Shown here piece after piece: positions 10,302 to 20,082 of a DNA stretch of 64,000 bases. Under the pieces are notes generated by a model that was given only the letters and a program-made list of their open reading frames with translations, was not told the DNA's origin and made no database searches. Location: assembly GCA_028699255.1 (NCBI GenBank), contig JAQVUX010000003.1:18654-82653 (forward strand), read 5' to 3'. A program made the position numbers and the translations under genes. This stretch comes from Candidatus Omnitrophota bacterium (GTDB taxonomy: Bacteria; Omnitrophota; Gorgyraeia; 2-01-FULL-45-10). The first letter of the stretch is position 1. Each line of letters opens with the position of its first letter.

Positions 10302-11192
10302 ATGAAAAACACGCATATTATATGGTATGTATTCGAAGCCATGAGGCCGCGGCAATGGCTGAAGAACATCGCCGTTTTTATAGCGCTCGTATTTTCCAGA
10401 TCTCTTTTTGACGCCTCAGCCGTCATTGATTCAACGCTTACTTTTATAGCTTTTTGTCTGATATCCGGTTTTTCATACATGATAAATGATATATATGATA
10501 AGGATTCAGATAATATCCATCCCGAAAAACTTAAAAGGCCGATAGCCTCCGGAGCGCTTAAAGAAAGTACGGCCATGAAGATCGCCGGAATAGCCGGTCC
10601 GGTAATAATAGCAATATGTGTATTATGGTCATGGAAGGTGGCGGCCGTTCTTTTTATTTATTTTATTCTCCAGCTGGCATATTCCCGGTTCTTGAAACAT
10701 GTAGTGTTGTTTGATATACTTGCTATAGCATTTAGTTTTGTGCTCAGGGTGTTCGCAGGTGCCGTCGCGATAAACCTGGCGCCGTCTTCCTGGCTATTAT
10801 TCTGCACTATATTATTGTCGCTGTTCTTGAGCTTATGCAAAAGACGGCACGAGGCCTTGCTCATGAAAGAGACGGCCCATATTCATCGCAGGACATTGAG
10901 CGAATATAGTCCGCTCCTCTTAGACCAGCTTATATCATTTACGACCTCGACATTTCTCATATGCTACATACTCTATACGGTTTATTCGGAAACGGCGACC
11001 CGTTTCGGGGCCGAAGGTTTGAAATATTCCACCGTATTTATACTGTATGGGATATTCAGGTATCTTTATCTGACCTACTCTAAGAATCTGGGCGGTAACC
11101 CGGAAGATATACTGGTAAAAGACAAGCCATTCCTTGTAAATATCGTACTCTACACTATCTTCGTCGTTTGCGTTATATACTTTAAGGGGTAA
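10302..11192 (+). CDS. UbiA-family polyprenyl-phosphate transferase (decaprenyl-phosphate phosphoribosyltransferase-like)
   Basis: 8-9 TM helices, NDxxDxxxD motif (NDIYDKDSD) characteristic of UbiA superfamily / DPPR synthase-like enzymes. Confidence 0.6.
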   Translation: MKNTHIIWYVFEAMRPRQWLKNIAVFIALVFSRSLFDASAVIDSTLTFIAFCLISGFSYMINDIYDKDSDNIHPEKLKRPIASGALKESTAMKIAGIAGPVIIAICVLWSWKVAAVLFIYFILQLAYSRFLKHVVLFDILAIAFSFVLRVFAGAVAINLAPSSWLLFCTILLSLFLSLCKRRHEALLMKETAHIHRRTLSEYSPLLLDQLISFTTSTFLICYILYTVYSETATRFGAEGLKYSTVFILYGIFRYLYLTYSKNLGGNPEDILVKDKPFLVNIVLYTIFVVCVIYFKG

Positions 11193-11195
11193 CGA

Positions 11196-12917
11196 TTGGC
11201 CTATTATATCAAACCTTTTATACTATACTGGACGCTGGCGTTAATATATTTTCTGCTCATCAGGTCTTATTCAAAAGAGGCGATGCGGAAAACGCTGAGC
11301 CGTTTTATCCCGCAGGCAATCATTTGCCAGCTGGTGTACTGGTTGCTGATATTCAGGATATCAATAGATAAACTCAATCCGTTTGTGTTGGGCGGAAGGG
11401 GTATATACGAAGTTTACGCGAAAGTATATTTTTTTATCATGATGGGTATCTTTACCGCTTATGTTGCAAAGAAGATAAGAAATATTTTTAAGGGCCGGGA
11501 AGAGGCTATGATCTATTCTCCCGCGCTTTTTTTATTTTTTTATGCGGCATATTCTCTGTTTGCCAACGCCCAATATACCCACGCCGCCGCTTTTATATTC
11601 CTATTTATTTTAGTGGTTATGATAAAGCCGGGCCTTGGAATCTCCGGTACCGCGTCGGGCTTTAAAGAGGTGTTTTATAAAAAAGAATATATATATGTCA
11701 TTATTATATTTGCCGCGGCATTTACCATGAAATTTCTTTTCTATGAAAGGCTACTGCACATGGCCGGCGACAGGTTTCTTATGGCGAGTGACGACGGGCT
11801 TACGTACGCGCCGTATGCGCTCGACTGGGCGCACGGCAGGATTCCGGAGAACGGCACCTACTGGGGCGGATTCGGATACTGGGTATTTTTAGGCAGTATA
11901 TACAGAATATTCGGAGACTGCAATCATCTGGCCATGGCGCTCATACAGTCTTTAATGGGCGCGTCCGTTCCTGTAGCGGTATTTTATATTGCGAAAACCG
12001 TATTTTCCCGACCTGCCGCTTTCATCGCCTCGGCCCTGACGGCGCTCGACCTGAACCTCACATTTCTTTCCACGGTAATAGGTATGGAGGCGCTGTATAT
12101 CCCCATGTTCTATCTGAGCTTGTCGGCCCTGACGGTATTTTTCTGCCGGCAGGGAACAAAGAAATCTCTCTATGCGGCGGGCATTGGCATCCTTTTCGGT
12201 TTCGCGAACGTCGTAAGGGGGGAGCTCGTTTTTTTTGCGGTGATCACGGCCGTCTTTATCCCGGTATTTTTCGCAAAACAAAACGGCCTGCGCCGTGCGG
12301 CGGTAATAGGAACTATTTTTTTGGCAGGATTTTTTATGCCGCTTACATTGCATGCCGTGAGAAACCACGCGAATTACGGCAAGTTTACGTTTTCTTCCGG
12401 CCAGGCCAAGGCGTGTTTTAAAAAGGCCGCCCATGGCATAACGGAAAATGAAAAGTTGCACAACATGGGATTCAACCCCTTCGAGAGCCCGGAACGTTCG
12501 GTCGAGACGTTTAAATCCAGGCCGGGCGATGTCGCGGGGCTGTTATTTAATGGTTTCTGTAAACGCGCCGCGCTATTTCTTTTTATCCCGAACTTCGGCA
12601 CTTTTGACCCTTTGATACTGATAAATCCCGGTAGCGGATATAAATATCATTACTCCCTCTATCTTTTATTTTATGGGTATATTCTCGTCGCGCTCGGCGC
12701 TGTCTTTGCCTTTATGGATAGAAAGGCCATATTTATCAAGACGCTTTTGGTCTCGTTCATATTTTCTCTGGTATTGATATACGGCGCGATATATGTCACT
12801 AATGCCAGACATAGAGGGGTGGCGATACCGATATTTTATTCCTTTCTCGGTTACGGCGCGGCCGTTTTATACGGGCGCATAAAACACTATGAAAAAAGTA
12901 TTACTCGTAAAGCCTAA
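11196..12917 (+). CDS. GT-C fold membrane glycosyltransferase (ArnT/PMT-like, GT39/GT83-type), paralog of 47641..49443
   Basis: Polytopic membrane protein, DD motif in loop (LMASDDGLTY), clear paralogy with 47641 ORF (shared blocks VIGMEALYIP, FIPNFGTFDP, NPGSGY, NARHRGV). Confidence 0.6.
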   Translation: MAYYIKPFILYWTLALIYFLLIRSYSKEAMRKTLSRFIPQAIICQLVYWLLIFRISIDKLNPFVLGGRGIYEVYAKVYFFIMMGIFTAYVAKKIRNIFKGREEAMIYSPALFLFFYAAYSLFANAQYTHAAAFIFLFILVVMIKPGLGISGTASGFKEVFYKKEYIYVIIIFAAAFTMKFLFYERLLHMAGDRFLMASDDGLTYAPYALDWAHGRIPENGTYWGGFGYWVFLGSIYRIFGDCNHLAMALIQSLMGASVPVAVFYIAKTVFSRPAAFIASALTALDLNLTFLSTVIGMEALYIPMFYLSLSALTVFFCRQGTKKSLYAAGIGILFGFANVVRGELVFFAVITAVFIPVFFAKQNGLRRAAVIGTIFLAGFFMPLTLHAVRNHANYGKFTFSSGQAKACFKKAAHGITENEKLHNMGFNPFESPERSVETFKSRPGDVAGLLFNGFCKRAALFLFIPNFGTFDPLILINPGSGYKYHYSLYLLFYGYILVALGAVFAFMDRKAIFIKTLLVSFIFSLVLIYGAIYVTNARHRGVAIPIFYSFLGYGAAVLYGRIKHYEKSITRKA

Positions 12918-15042
12918 GGACGAATACTCATACGCGGTGATACCGAGCCTCGGGCTCGGGTATCTTGCCGCTTCTTTAAGGAAAAAAGGTTTTGAGCCGC
13001 ACATAATGGATTTGAATAAGCCCGGCTTGAGCGTTGCGGCTTTCGAAAAATATATGGCGGAGCATTCTTTTCCGGTTGTGGGCTTGCAGGTATATACCAG
13101 CAGTATCCGTAGCGCTAACGACGTCGCGGCTATCTCGCGCAGGGTCAATAAAGACACGGTTATAATAGCCGGCGGTCTGCATCCTTCCGGCGACCCGGAG
13201 CACGCCCTGCGGAGCATTCCCGATGTCGATTGTCTCGTCGTAGGTGAAGGCGAGAATGCGATCGCGGCTATCGCGATGTTGTCGAGAAAGGATATGCCGT
13301 TTGCCCTCGAAGGAATCAAGAATACCGCGTTCAGGAGGCCCGACGGTAAAATCATGGTTGGCCCCCTCGAGACGATAGAGGATTTGGAGGATGTGCCGAT
13401 GCCGGCGTGGGACCTTATCGACCCGAGGACATACGGGATATCGCCGCATGGCACATTTTCGCGGTCGTATCCGGTCGCTCCTATAATAACTTCGAGAGGA
13501 TGTCCTTACGCGTGCACGTTTTGCGCGGCGTTCAGGATATTCGGCAGAAAAGTGCGCCGGAGAACGGTTGGGAGTGTTCTCGACGAGATATCGTTTCTGC
13601 GCAATGAATACGGCGTGAGGGAGTTCCATATAGAGGACGATAATTTTACGATCGAGAAAGATTATGTCATGCGGTTCTGCAAAGGCATCAAGGAGCGGTC
13701 GCTCGAGATATGGTGGGCCTGCCCTAACGGCATCCGTATAGACAAAGTCGACGCCGAGATGCTCGCCGCGATGGAGTCCTCGGGATGTTATTCGGTGGCG
13801 CTCGGGATAGAGTCCGGCTCCTCCAGGGTGCTCGGGATGATGAGAAAGAGCCTGAGGGCCGAAAGCGTGGGCGCCATGGTTGACATGATAAAACGTAATT
13901 CGCGCATGAGCGTCACGGGTTTTTTCCTTATAGGGTATCCGGGCGAGACCGTCGATGATATCAAGAAAACGCTCGAGCTTTCCCGGAAGCTCAAGCTCGA
14001 TAAGGCGAGCTTCTCCCCGGTGATGCCGATACCGGGAAGCCAGATATACGGCGAATGGAAGAAGCGCCTCGGGGGCCGCGCTGTTTCATGGGAGAAGTTC
14101 CTGTATTACCAGATAGTGCCTTTTGTCTCCGATATTCCGCCGGCGCTATTGTCGAAATATCTAAAAAAGGCAGTCGTGGGTTTTTACATGCGGCCCAGAG
14201 TAATCATGGGGCTCCTGCGGGAGATAAAGACACAAGATCAGATAAAGGCGCTGTTTAAAAGGGCGTGGACTATATTTTTCGGCAGTACGCTTGCCCGCGG
14301 CGCCGATGGAGGCGAAAAGATGTTGAAAAAATACAAGAGGTATCTATATCCGGTAAAGGCTTTTGGCGAATGGGTGTCAGCGTCTTTTGCCGGGGCGCTG
14401 GTCAGGATGGCAAATGGCGGCAGGATCGGCCGTTACATAAAGTCGCATGATGTAAAGAAACTCCACCTTGGCGCAGGTTCCAATATGCTGGAGGGGTGGT
14501 GTAACACCGATATAAATCCAAAGATGTCCGACGGTGTTTTTTTGGACGCGCGCAGGCGTTTCCCGTTTGTCGACGGTACGTTCGATTACATATTCAGCGA
14601 GCACATGCTTGAGCACCTGGAATTGAAGGATGGCATTCGCATGCTGGGCGAGTGTTTCAGGATACTCAGGCCGGGCGGCAGAATACGCATTTCAACCCCA
14701 GACCTCCGGTATCTTATAGAGCTCTATAATTCGTCAAAGACCGATGTGCAAAAGCGTGAGATTACAAGGATAGTCGATATGATATTCCCGGATGTCGCTA
14801 TCTATCAGGATACATTTGTCATAAATAATTTTTTCAGGAGCTGGGGGCATAAATTTATTTACGATTATAAAGTGCTTAAAGAGTTGATGTCCAGGGTTGG
14901 GTTTACGAATATCATAAACTGCGGCGTAGGAGAATCTGCGGATGAAAACCTGCGTAATCTCGAATCTCATGGAAAACATGTATCGGATGAGATAAATAAA
15001 TTACAAACCTTCGTTGCCGAGGGCCTTAAACCTTATGCCTGA
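12889..15042 (+). CDS. Cobalamin-binding (class B) radical SAM enzyme fused to C-terminal class I SAM-dependent methyltransferase domain
   Basis: N-terminal B12-binding domain (VLLVKP...LGLGYLAASL), radical SAM CxxxCxxC (RGCPYACTFCAA), C-terminal MT motifs LHLGAGSNMLEGW and LRPGGRIRISTPD. Confidence 0.8.
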   Translation: MKKVLLVKPKDEYSYAVIPSLGLGYLAASLRKKGFEPHIMDLNKPGLSVAAFEKYMAEHSFPVVGLQVYTSSIRSANDVAAISRRVNKDTVIIAGGLHPSGDPEHALRSIPDVDCLVVGEGENAIAAIAMLSRKDMPFALEGIKNTAFRRPDGKIMVGPLETIEDLEDVPMPAWDLIDPRTYGISPHGTFSRSYPVAPIITSRGCPYACTFCAAFRIFGRKVRRRTVGSVLDEISFLRNEYGVREFHIEDDNFTIEKDYVMRFCKGIKERSLEIWWACPNGIRIDKVDAEMLAAMESSGCYSVALGIESGSSRVLGMMRKSLRAESVGAMVDMIKRNSRMSVTGFFLIGYPGETVDDIKKTLELSRKLKLDKASFSPVMPIPGSQIYGEWKKRLGGRAVSWEKFLYYQIVPFVSDIPPALLSKYLKKAVVGFYMRPRVIMGLLREIKTQDQIKALFKRAWTIFFGSTLARGADGGEKMLKKYKRYLYPVKAFGEWVSASFAGALVRMANGGRIGRYIKSHDVKKLHLGAGSNMLEGWCNTDINPKMSDGVFLDARRRFPFVDGTFDYIFSEHMLEHLELKDGIRMLGECFRILRPGGRIRISTPDLRYLIELYNSSKTDVQKREITRIVDMIFPDVAIYQDTFVINNFFRSWGHKFIYDYKVLKELMSRVGFTNIINCGVGESADENLRNLESHGKHVSDEINKLQTFVAEGLKPYA

Positions 15043-16471
15043 CAAAGTATTATTGATTATGCCAAAAATAGGCATGGGGAGTTTTGATTTTGGTATCCCC
15101 AATGAACCTCCTGTGGGCCTTGCTTACATAGCGGCAATATTAAAAAGACATTCCGTTGTTTTTAAGGTTATAGATATGCGCCTTGGATATTCCTTCGACG
15201 CCGTAAAAGAGATAGTCGCGGCTTACAAACCTACCGTTATAGGCGTAAGTTATTGGTCTCTTGAGCGAAGCAAGACGCAGGCGCTGATAAAGGCCGTAAA
15301 GGCTATTGCCAGTGTGCCGATAGTCATAGGCGGGCCGCATGTTTCATCGGTAAGGAAAGAGAGCCTCGAAGAAACCGACGCCGAATATGCTGTTAAGGGC
15401 GAAGGCGAATTTACCATCATCGAACTTTTAGGTTTCTTACGCGGTGATAATGTTAAATTGGAAGATATAAATGGCCTTATCTTCAAAAGAGGTGGGGATA
15501 TTTTTGAGAACCCCGATAGAGAACCCAATAAAAACCTGGATGATCTCCCGTTTCCTGCGTATGAAGATTTTGAAACAGCGCGGTATGTAAGAAAGAACAG
15601 GATAAATATCGCTACCTCGCGCGGTTGTCCATACGGATGCAATTATTGTGCCGTCAGGTTGACCATGGGCAGGAATTTCCGCCCTCGTTCTCCGCAGAAT
15701 GTTGTAGATGAGCTCGCGCACTGGAACCGGTTGGGCTACGGGGAATTTCAATTTGTGGACGATTGTTTTACTTTCGACATGGCCCGTGCCGGGGATATAT
15801 GCGATCTCATAATAAAACGTGGTTTAAAAATAGACTGGTTCCTGGATAACGGTATACGGGTGGATAGGGTCAGCGAATCTTTGCTTAAAAAAATGAAAGC
15901 CTCCGGTTGCAGGATAGTAATGTTTGGCGTTGAGAGCGGGGATGATGGCATATTGGCCAGGATGGGTAAGGGGATAAAGATACGCCAGGCGGAAGAGTCG
16001 GTGCGGATGGCAAAGAATGCCGGCATAGAATACGTCGGAGCGACTTTTATAATAGGGCATCCGGGCGAAAATCTGAATATGATTCGGGAGTATATGAAAA
16101 AGATCAGGAAATGGCCCGCGGATAAAATAAATTTCTACAATCTCGTACCGTATCCGGGAACGGAAGTATTTGAGTGGGTAAAGAAAAATGCCGTAATGTT
16201 TGACGCTAAAAACAGCTATCTGGACCACCTTTCCTATTATTCCGGTATTCCAATATTCGAAACAAAAGATTTTCCGGCAAAGGACCGGATAAAGGCCCTT
16301 AAGATGGGCAAGCGGCTCACCAAAAGCATAACTTCCAAATATTATACAAAGGTGTTTACAAAAAAATATGGTCCGGTCATAGGTTTTTTGGGCGGCAAGC
16401 TCGTCAATTTTAAGCGGCTTATGGTTATTCTGTCCAACCTTGGGGTAAGTAGCCTCATTAAAAAAATATAG
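15035..16471 (+). CDS. Cobalamin-binding (class B) radical SAM enzyme (longest ORF starts 15014; ATG 15035 gives 8-nt overlap with upstream gene)
   Basis: B12-binding N-terminus (KVLLIMPK...VGLAYIAAIL), radical SAM motif SRGCPYGCNYCAV. Confidence 0.8.
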   Translation: MPDKVLLIMPKIGMGSFDFGIPNEPPVGLAYIAAILKRHSVVFKVIDMRLGYSFDAVKEIVAAYKPTVIGVSYWSLERSKTQALIKAVKAIASVPIVIGGPHVSSVRKESLEETDAEYAVKGEGEFTIIELLGFLRGDNVKLEDINGLIFKRGGDIFENPDREPNKNLDDLPFPAYEDFETARYVRKNRINIATSRGCPYGCNYCAVRLTMGRNFRPRSPQNVVDELAHWNRLGYGEFQFVDDCFTFDMARAGDICDLIIKRGLKIDWFLDNGIRVDRVSESLLKKMKASGCRIVMFGVESGDDGILARMGKGIKIRQAEESVRMAKNAGIEYVGATFIIGHPGENLNMIREYMKKIRKWPADKINFYNLVPYPGTEVFEWVKKNAVMFDAKNSYLDHLSYYSGIPIFETKDFPAKDRIKALKMGKRLTKSITSKYYTKVFTKKYGPVIGFLGGKLVNFKRLMVILSNLGVSSLIKKI

Positions 16472-16487
16472 CGGGTATATTGCCTTA

Positions 16488-16496
16488 TGCTATAAT
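16488..16496 (+). promoter_or_regulatory. Extended -10 promoter element tgcTATAAT upstream of ugd; RBS aaggat 16510-16515
   Basis: Perfect TATAAT preceded by TGn, 26 nt upstream of ATG 16522 with AGGA RBS at proper spacing. Confidence 0.45.
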
Positions 16497-16521
16497 ATTG
16501 TCTCCAATAAAGGATAAAAAT

Positions 16522-17817
16522 ATGAACATATGTATAATCGGGGCCGGATACGTAGGATTGGTATCGGGCGCGTGTTTCGCGGATCTTGGTAATACCGTAA
16601 TATGTGTTGATAACGACGAAAAGAAAATAAAACGCCTCAAGGCCGGAGCCGTACCCATATACGAACCCGGTTTAGAAGAGATGATAAAACGCAATGTAAA
16701 AGAGGGGCGTTTATCATTTACGCCCAGGATCAAAGAGGGTGTGAAAAAATGCGAGGTTATATTTATCGCTGTAGGCACTCCTTCCAGGTGTAACGGCGAG
16801 GCCGATTTAAGCTTTGTCGAGAACGTTTCCCGCGAGATAGCCGTTTCGATGCCGTCCTACCGTCTTGTCGTAGAGAAATCAACCGTTCCCGTGAATACGG
16901 GTGAATGGGTTGAGCATACCATAAAGGTTTTTAATAAGAGGAATATTAAATTCGACGTTGCTTCCAACCCGGAATTTTTAAAGGAAGGCTCGGCTATAAA
17001 AGATTTCATGAACCCGGACAGGGTAGTCGTTGGCGTTAAATCCAAAAAAGCCCGCGACATACTGGTGGAACTCTACAAACCGCTCAAAGCTCCGATAGTC
17101 GTAACCGACATTAAATCCGCCGAGATAATCAAGCACGCCTCAAATTCCTTTTTAGCCACGAAGATATCTTTTATAAACGCCATATCCGACATCTGTGACA
17201 AGGTGGGCGCGGATATAGTTGAGGTGGCCAAGGGCATAGGCCTCGACAGGCGGATAGGCAAAGATTTTCTGAACGCCGGCATAGGGTTCGGCGGTTCGTG
17301 TTTCCCGAAGGATCTGTCCGCCTTTATCCGTATAGCCGATAAGGTAGGATATAATTTCGGCCTGTTAAAAGAGGTGCAGGAGATAAATAGTTATCAAAAA
17401 AGCCTTATTATAAAGAAGATAGAATCGTTATTATGGAACCTGCCGAAGAAGACGATAGGTGTGCTCGGTCTGGCGTTCAAGCCGGATACCGACGACATAA
17501 GGCAGTCGCCCGCGATCGATATAATATCCGTTCTCCTTAAAGAGGGCGCGCATATAAAAACATATGACCCGGAGGCGATGGAGAAAGCCAGGCGGGAAAT
17601 GCCCCGCAATGTGAAGTTTTGCCGGGACGCTTACTCCGTGGCTAAGAATAGCGATTGCCTTCTTCTCGCGACGGAGTGGAACGAATTCAAAGAACTCGAT
17701 TTTAAAAAGATAAAGAAGATCATGAGACAGCCGATACTCATAGACGGCAGGAACATATATGACCCGGCGGAAATGAAGAAACTCGGGTTTACCTATATCG
17801 GCATAGGGAGGAAATAG
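16522..17817 (+). CDS. ugd: UDP-glucose 6-dehydrogenase
   Basis: MNICIIGAGYVGLVSG Rossmann N-terminus, catalytic GFGGSCFPKD motif, ~430 aa; longer ORF from 16480 runs through the promoter so ATG 16522 preferred. Confidence 0.85.
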   Translation: MNICIIGAGYVGLVSGACFADLGNTVICVDNDEKKIKRLKAGAVPIYEPGLEEMIKRNVKEGRLSFTPRIKEGVKKCEVIFIAVGTPSRCNGEADLSFVENVSREIAVSMPSYRLVVEKSTVPVNTGEWVEHTIKVFNKRNIKFDVASNPEFLKEGSAIKDFMNPDRVVVGVKSKKARDILVELYKPLKAPIVVTDIKSAEIIKHASNSFLATKISFINAISDICDKVGADIVEVAKGIGLDRRIGKDFLNAGIGFGGSCFPKDLSAFIRIADKVGYNFGLLKEVQEINSYQKSLIIKKIESLLWNLPKKTIGVLGLAFKPDTDDIRQSPAIDIISVLLKEGAHIKTYDPEAMEKARREMPRNVKFCRDAYSVAKNSDCLLLATEWNEFKELDFKKIKKIMRQPILIDGRNIYDPAEMKKLGFTYIGIGRK

Positions 17818-17820
17818 CGG

Positions 17821-18267
17821 GTGATAGACGGCGTGAAGGTCAGAAAATTGAAGATCATTCCCGATGAGCGCGGCCGGCTCATGGAAATATTAAGATGCGA
17901 TGACGAAGTTTTTAAGAAATTCGGACAGGTCTATATGACGACGGCGTTTCCCGGCGTCGTGAAGGCGTGGCATTACCATAAAAAACAGGACGATAATTTT
18001 ACATGTATTCACGGGAAAATGCGGCTCGCTTTATATGATGCCCGGGAAGATTCTCCGACTTACAAAGAGGTAAACGATTTTATCATATCGCTCGACGATC
18101 CGATGCGCGTAACGATACCAAAAAATATTTATCACGGCTTCAAATGCATAAGCGATTGCGAAGCGCTGGTGATAAATACCGTGACCGAATCGTATAATTA
18201 CAAAGATCCGGACGAATACAGGCTGGACGCCTACAAAAACGACATTCCGTACGACTGGAGGAAGTAA
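17821..18267 (+). CDS. rmlC: RmlC-like cupin (dTDP-4-dehydrorhamnose 3,5-epimerase or FdtA-type ketoisomerase), GTG start
   Basis: WHYHKKQDDNFTCIHGKMRLALYDAREDSPTY matches RmlC-like HxH...Q...DxR..SPT block; short (148 aa). Confidence 0.55.
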   Translation: MIDGVKVRKLKIIPDERGRLMEILRCDDEVFKKFGQVYMTTAFPGVVKAWHYHKKQDDNFTCIHGKMRLALYDAREDSPTYKEVNDFIISLDDPMRVTIPKNIYHGFKCISDCEALVINTVTESYNYKDPDEYRLDAYKNDIPYDWRK

Positions 18268-18270
18268 CGT

Positions 18271-18999
18271 ATGGGTATGAAGGGTATAATATTGGCCGGA
18301 GGACTTGGGAAGCGCCTGCATCCATTAACCAAGATAACGAATAAACATCTCCTGCCGGTATTTTCCAAACCGATGATCTACTACCCCATCCGGACACTTG
18401 TCGACGCCGGCATAAGGGATATCCTGATCGTGACCGGCGGTATGCATGCCGGAGAGTTTCTGCGGTTACTCGGTAACGGCAAAGAGTTCGGCCTGGAGCA
18501 TATAAATTATACTTACCAGGAGGGCGAGGGAGGCATAGCCGAGGCGTTGAAGCTGGCGAAGCATTTTGCGGAGGATGACAGAATAGTCGTTATCCTGGGT
18601 GACAACATAATAGAGAAGAGCATAAAGAAGGCCGTTGATGATTTCAGCGCTCAGCCGTCGGGCGCCAAGATATTACTGAAGAAGGTGGCTGACCCACAGC
18701 GGTTTGGCGTCGCGGCTTTAAAGGACGGCAGGATACTCGGCATCGAGGAGAAACCAAAAAAACCGAAATCGGACTATGCCGTTACGGGAATATACATGTA
18801 CGACAATAAAGTGTTCGATATCATAAAAACTCTGAAGCCTTCGGGCCGCGGAGAGCTTGAAATAACAGACGTTAATAACGCTTATATAAAACGCGGGACG
18901 CTGACATACAGCATCCTCGACGGATGGTGGACCGACGCCGGGACATTCGAATCGCTTCTGCGCGCGAATAACCTGGTAGCGAAGAGAGAATCGAAATGA
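18271..18999 (+). CDS. rmlA: Glucose-1-phosphate thymidylyltransferase-like sugar nucleotidyltransferase (short form)
   Basis: GIILAGGLGKRLHPLTKITNKHLLPV nucleotidyltransferase signature; operon position before rmlB. Confidence 0.7.
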   Translation: MGMKGIILAGGLGKRLHPLTKITNKHLLPVFSKPMIYYPIRTLVDAGIRDILIVTGGMHAGEFLRLLGNGKEFGLEHINYTYQEGEGGIAEALKLAKHFAEDDRIVVILGDNIIEKSIKKAVDDFSAQPSGAKILLKKVADPQRFGVAALKDGRILGIEEKPKKPKSDYAVTGIYMYDNKVFDIIKTLKPSGRGELEITDVNNAYIKRGTLTYSILDGWWTDAGTFESLLRANNLVAKRESK

Positions 19000-19955
19000 A
19001 GAGACTGCTCATAACAGGCGGGGCCGGGTTCATCGGCTCCAATTTTATAAGGCATATCCTCGGCAAGTATAAGGATTACTCCGTCACGAATTTAGACAAG
19101 CTGACCTATTGCGGTAACCTCGAAAATCTTAAGGATGTCGAAAAGGATAAAAGGTACAGGTTCGTCCAGGGCGATATCGCCGATGATAAATTGGTGGGTA
19201 AGCTTGTGGCGAAGTCGGACATCGTCGTGAATTTCGCGGCGGAGACGCATGTCGATAGATCCGTTACCGATCCACACAGTTTTGTTAAGACCAATGTGCT
19301 TGGAACGCATACTTTGCTTGAGGCCGCGCGAGCGCATGGCGTAGAGAGGTTCATCCAGATATCGACGGACGAGGTTTACGGCAGTATCGAGAAGGGTTCG
19401 TTCAGGGAAGATGACAGGCTTTTACCCAATAGCCCGTATTCCGCGGCAAAAGCCAGCGCCGATCTTTTAGCCAGATCATACTTTATAACGTTTAAATTGC
19501 CGGTGATAATTACCAGGAGCTCGAATAATTTTGGGCCATATCAATATCCCGAGAAAGTGGTACCTTTATTCGTAACCAACGCTATCGATGATAAGAGCCT
19601 TCCTGTTTATGGCGACGGCATGAATGTCAGGGACTGGCTGTTCGTCCTCGATAATTGCGAGGGCATCGATGTCGTCCTGCATAAAGGCGAACCCGGCGAG
19701 ATATACAATATCGGCGGCACAGCCGAGATACCGAACCTGGAACTTACGGATTCTATACTTAGCCTTCTCGGGAAAGACAAGAGCCTTATAAAATTCGTCA
19801 ATGACAGGCCGGGCCATGACAGGCGTTATTCGCTCGATATCGGGAAGATAGCCTCGCTCGGATGGAAGCCGCGCCACGATTTCCGCGCGAGCCTTAAACT
19901 GACCGTCGATTGGTATAAGAATAATAGGATTTGGTGGGAGAAGCTAAAAAAATGA
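18996..19955 (+). CDS. rmlB: dTDP-glucose 4,6-dehydratase
   Basis: [17 protein letters not shown], YxxxK (YSAAKASAD), 319 aa extended SDR. Confidence 0.85.
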   Translation: MKRLLITGGAGFIGSNFIRHILGKYKDYSVTNLDKLTYCGNLENLKDVEKDKRYRFVQGDIADDKLVGKLVAKSDIVVNFAAETHVDRSVTDPHSFVKTNVLGTHTLLEAARAHGVERFIQISTDEVYGSIEKGSFREDDRLLPNSPYSAAKASADLLARSYFITFKLPVIITRSSNNFGPYQYPEKVVPLFVTNAIDDKSLPVYGDGMNVRDWLFVLDNCEGIDVVLHKGEPGEIYNIGGTAEIPNLELTDSILSLLGKDKSLIKFVNDRPGHDRRYSLDIGKIASLGWKPRHDFRASLKLTVDWYKNNRIWWEKLKK

Positions 19956-19970
19956 CCTTCAGTTATATTC

Positions 19971-20066
19971 TTCGAGCGAGGCCTCGCCACCGCAGGTGGC
20001 AGAGCCGAGTCGAGAAGTTCTCGACTCACTCCTGCTTCGGCTTTGCCTCGCAGTCGCTCGCTCGAA
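19971..20066 (+). repeat. GC-rich nested-palindrome element between rmlB and rmlD (REP-like / structured RNA)
   Basis: Outer 10-bp arms ttcgagcgag/ctcgctcgaa enclose gcgaggcctcgc (12-bp palindrome), gccacc-gca-ggtggc hairpin and gagtcgagaaGttctcgactc 21-nt palindrome. Confidence 0.45.
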
Positions 20067-20082
20067 CAGTAATGTCTCCGCT

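Noticed and set aside
12976-13629. 217-aa minus-strand ORF overlapping the first B12 radical SAM gene
   Set aside because: Antisense to a well-supported radical SAM gene. Its Arg-rich composition comes from the GC-rich antisense frame.
16480-16521. Upstream extension of the ugd ORF (MPYAIILSPIKDKN...)
   Set aside because: It would start inside the TGnTATAAT promoter element. ATG 16522 is preceded by a properly spaced AGGA and gives the conserved MNICIIGAGYVG start.
19996-20082. N-terminal 29-aa extension of the rmlD ORF as given in the ORF track
   Set aside because: The extension is encoded entirely by nested GC-rich palindromes. ATG 20083 yields the canonical MKRRVLITGSGG SDR N-terminus, so the extension is judged non-coding.
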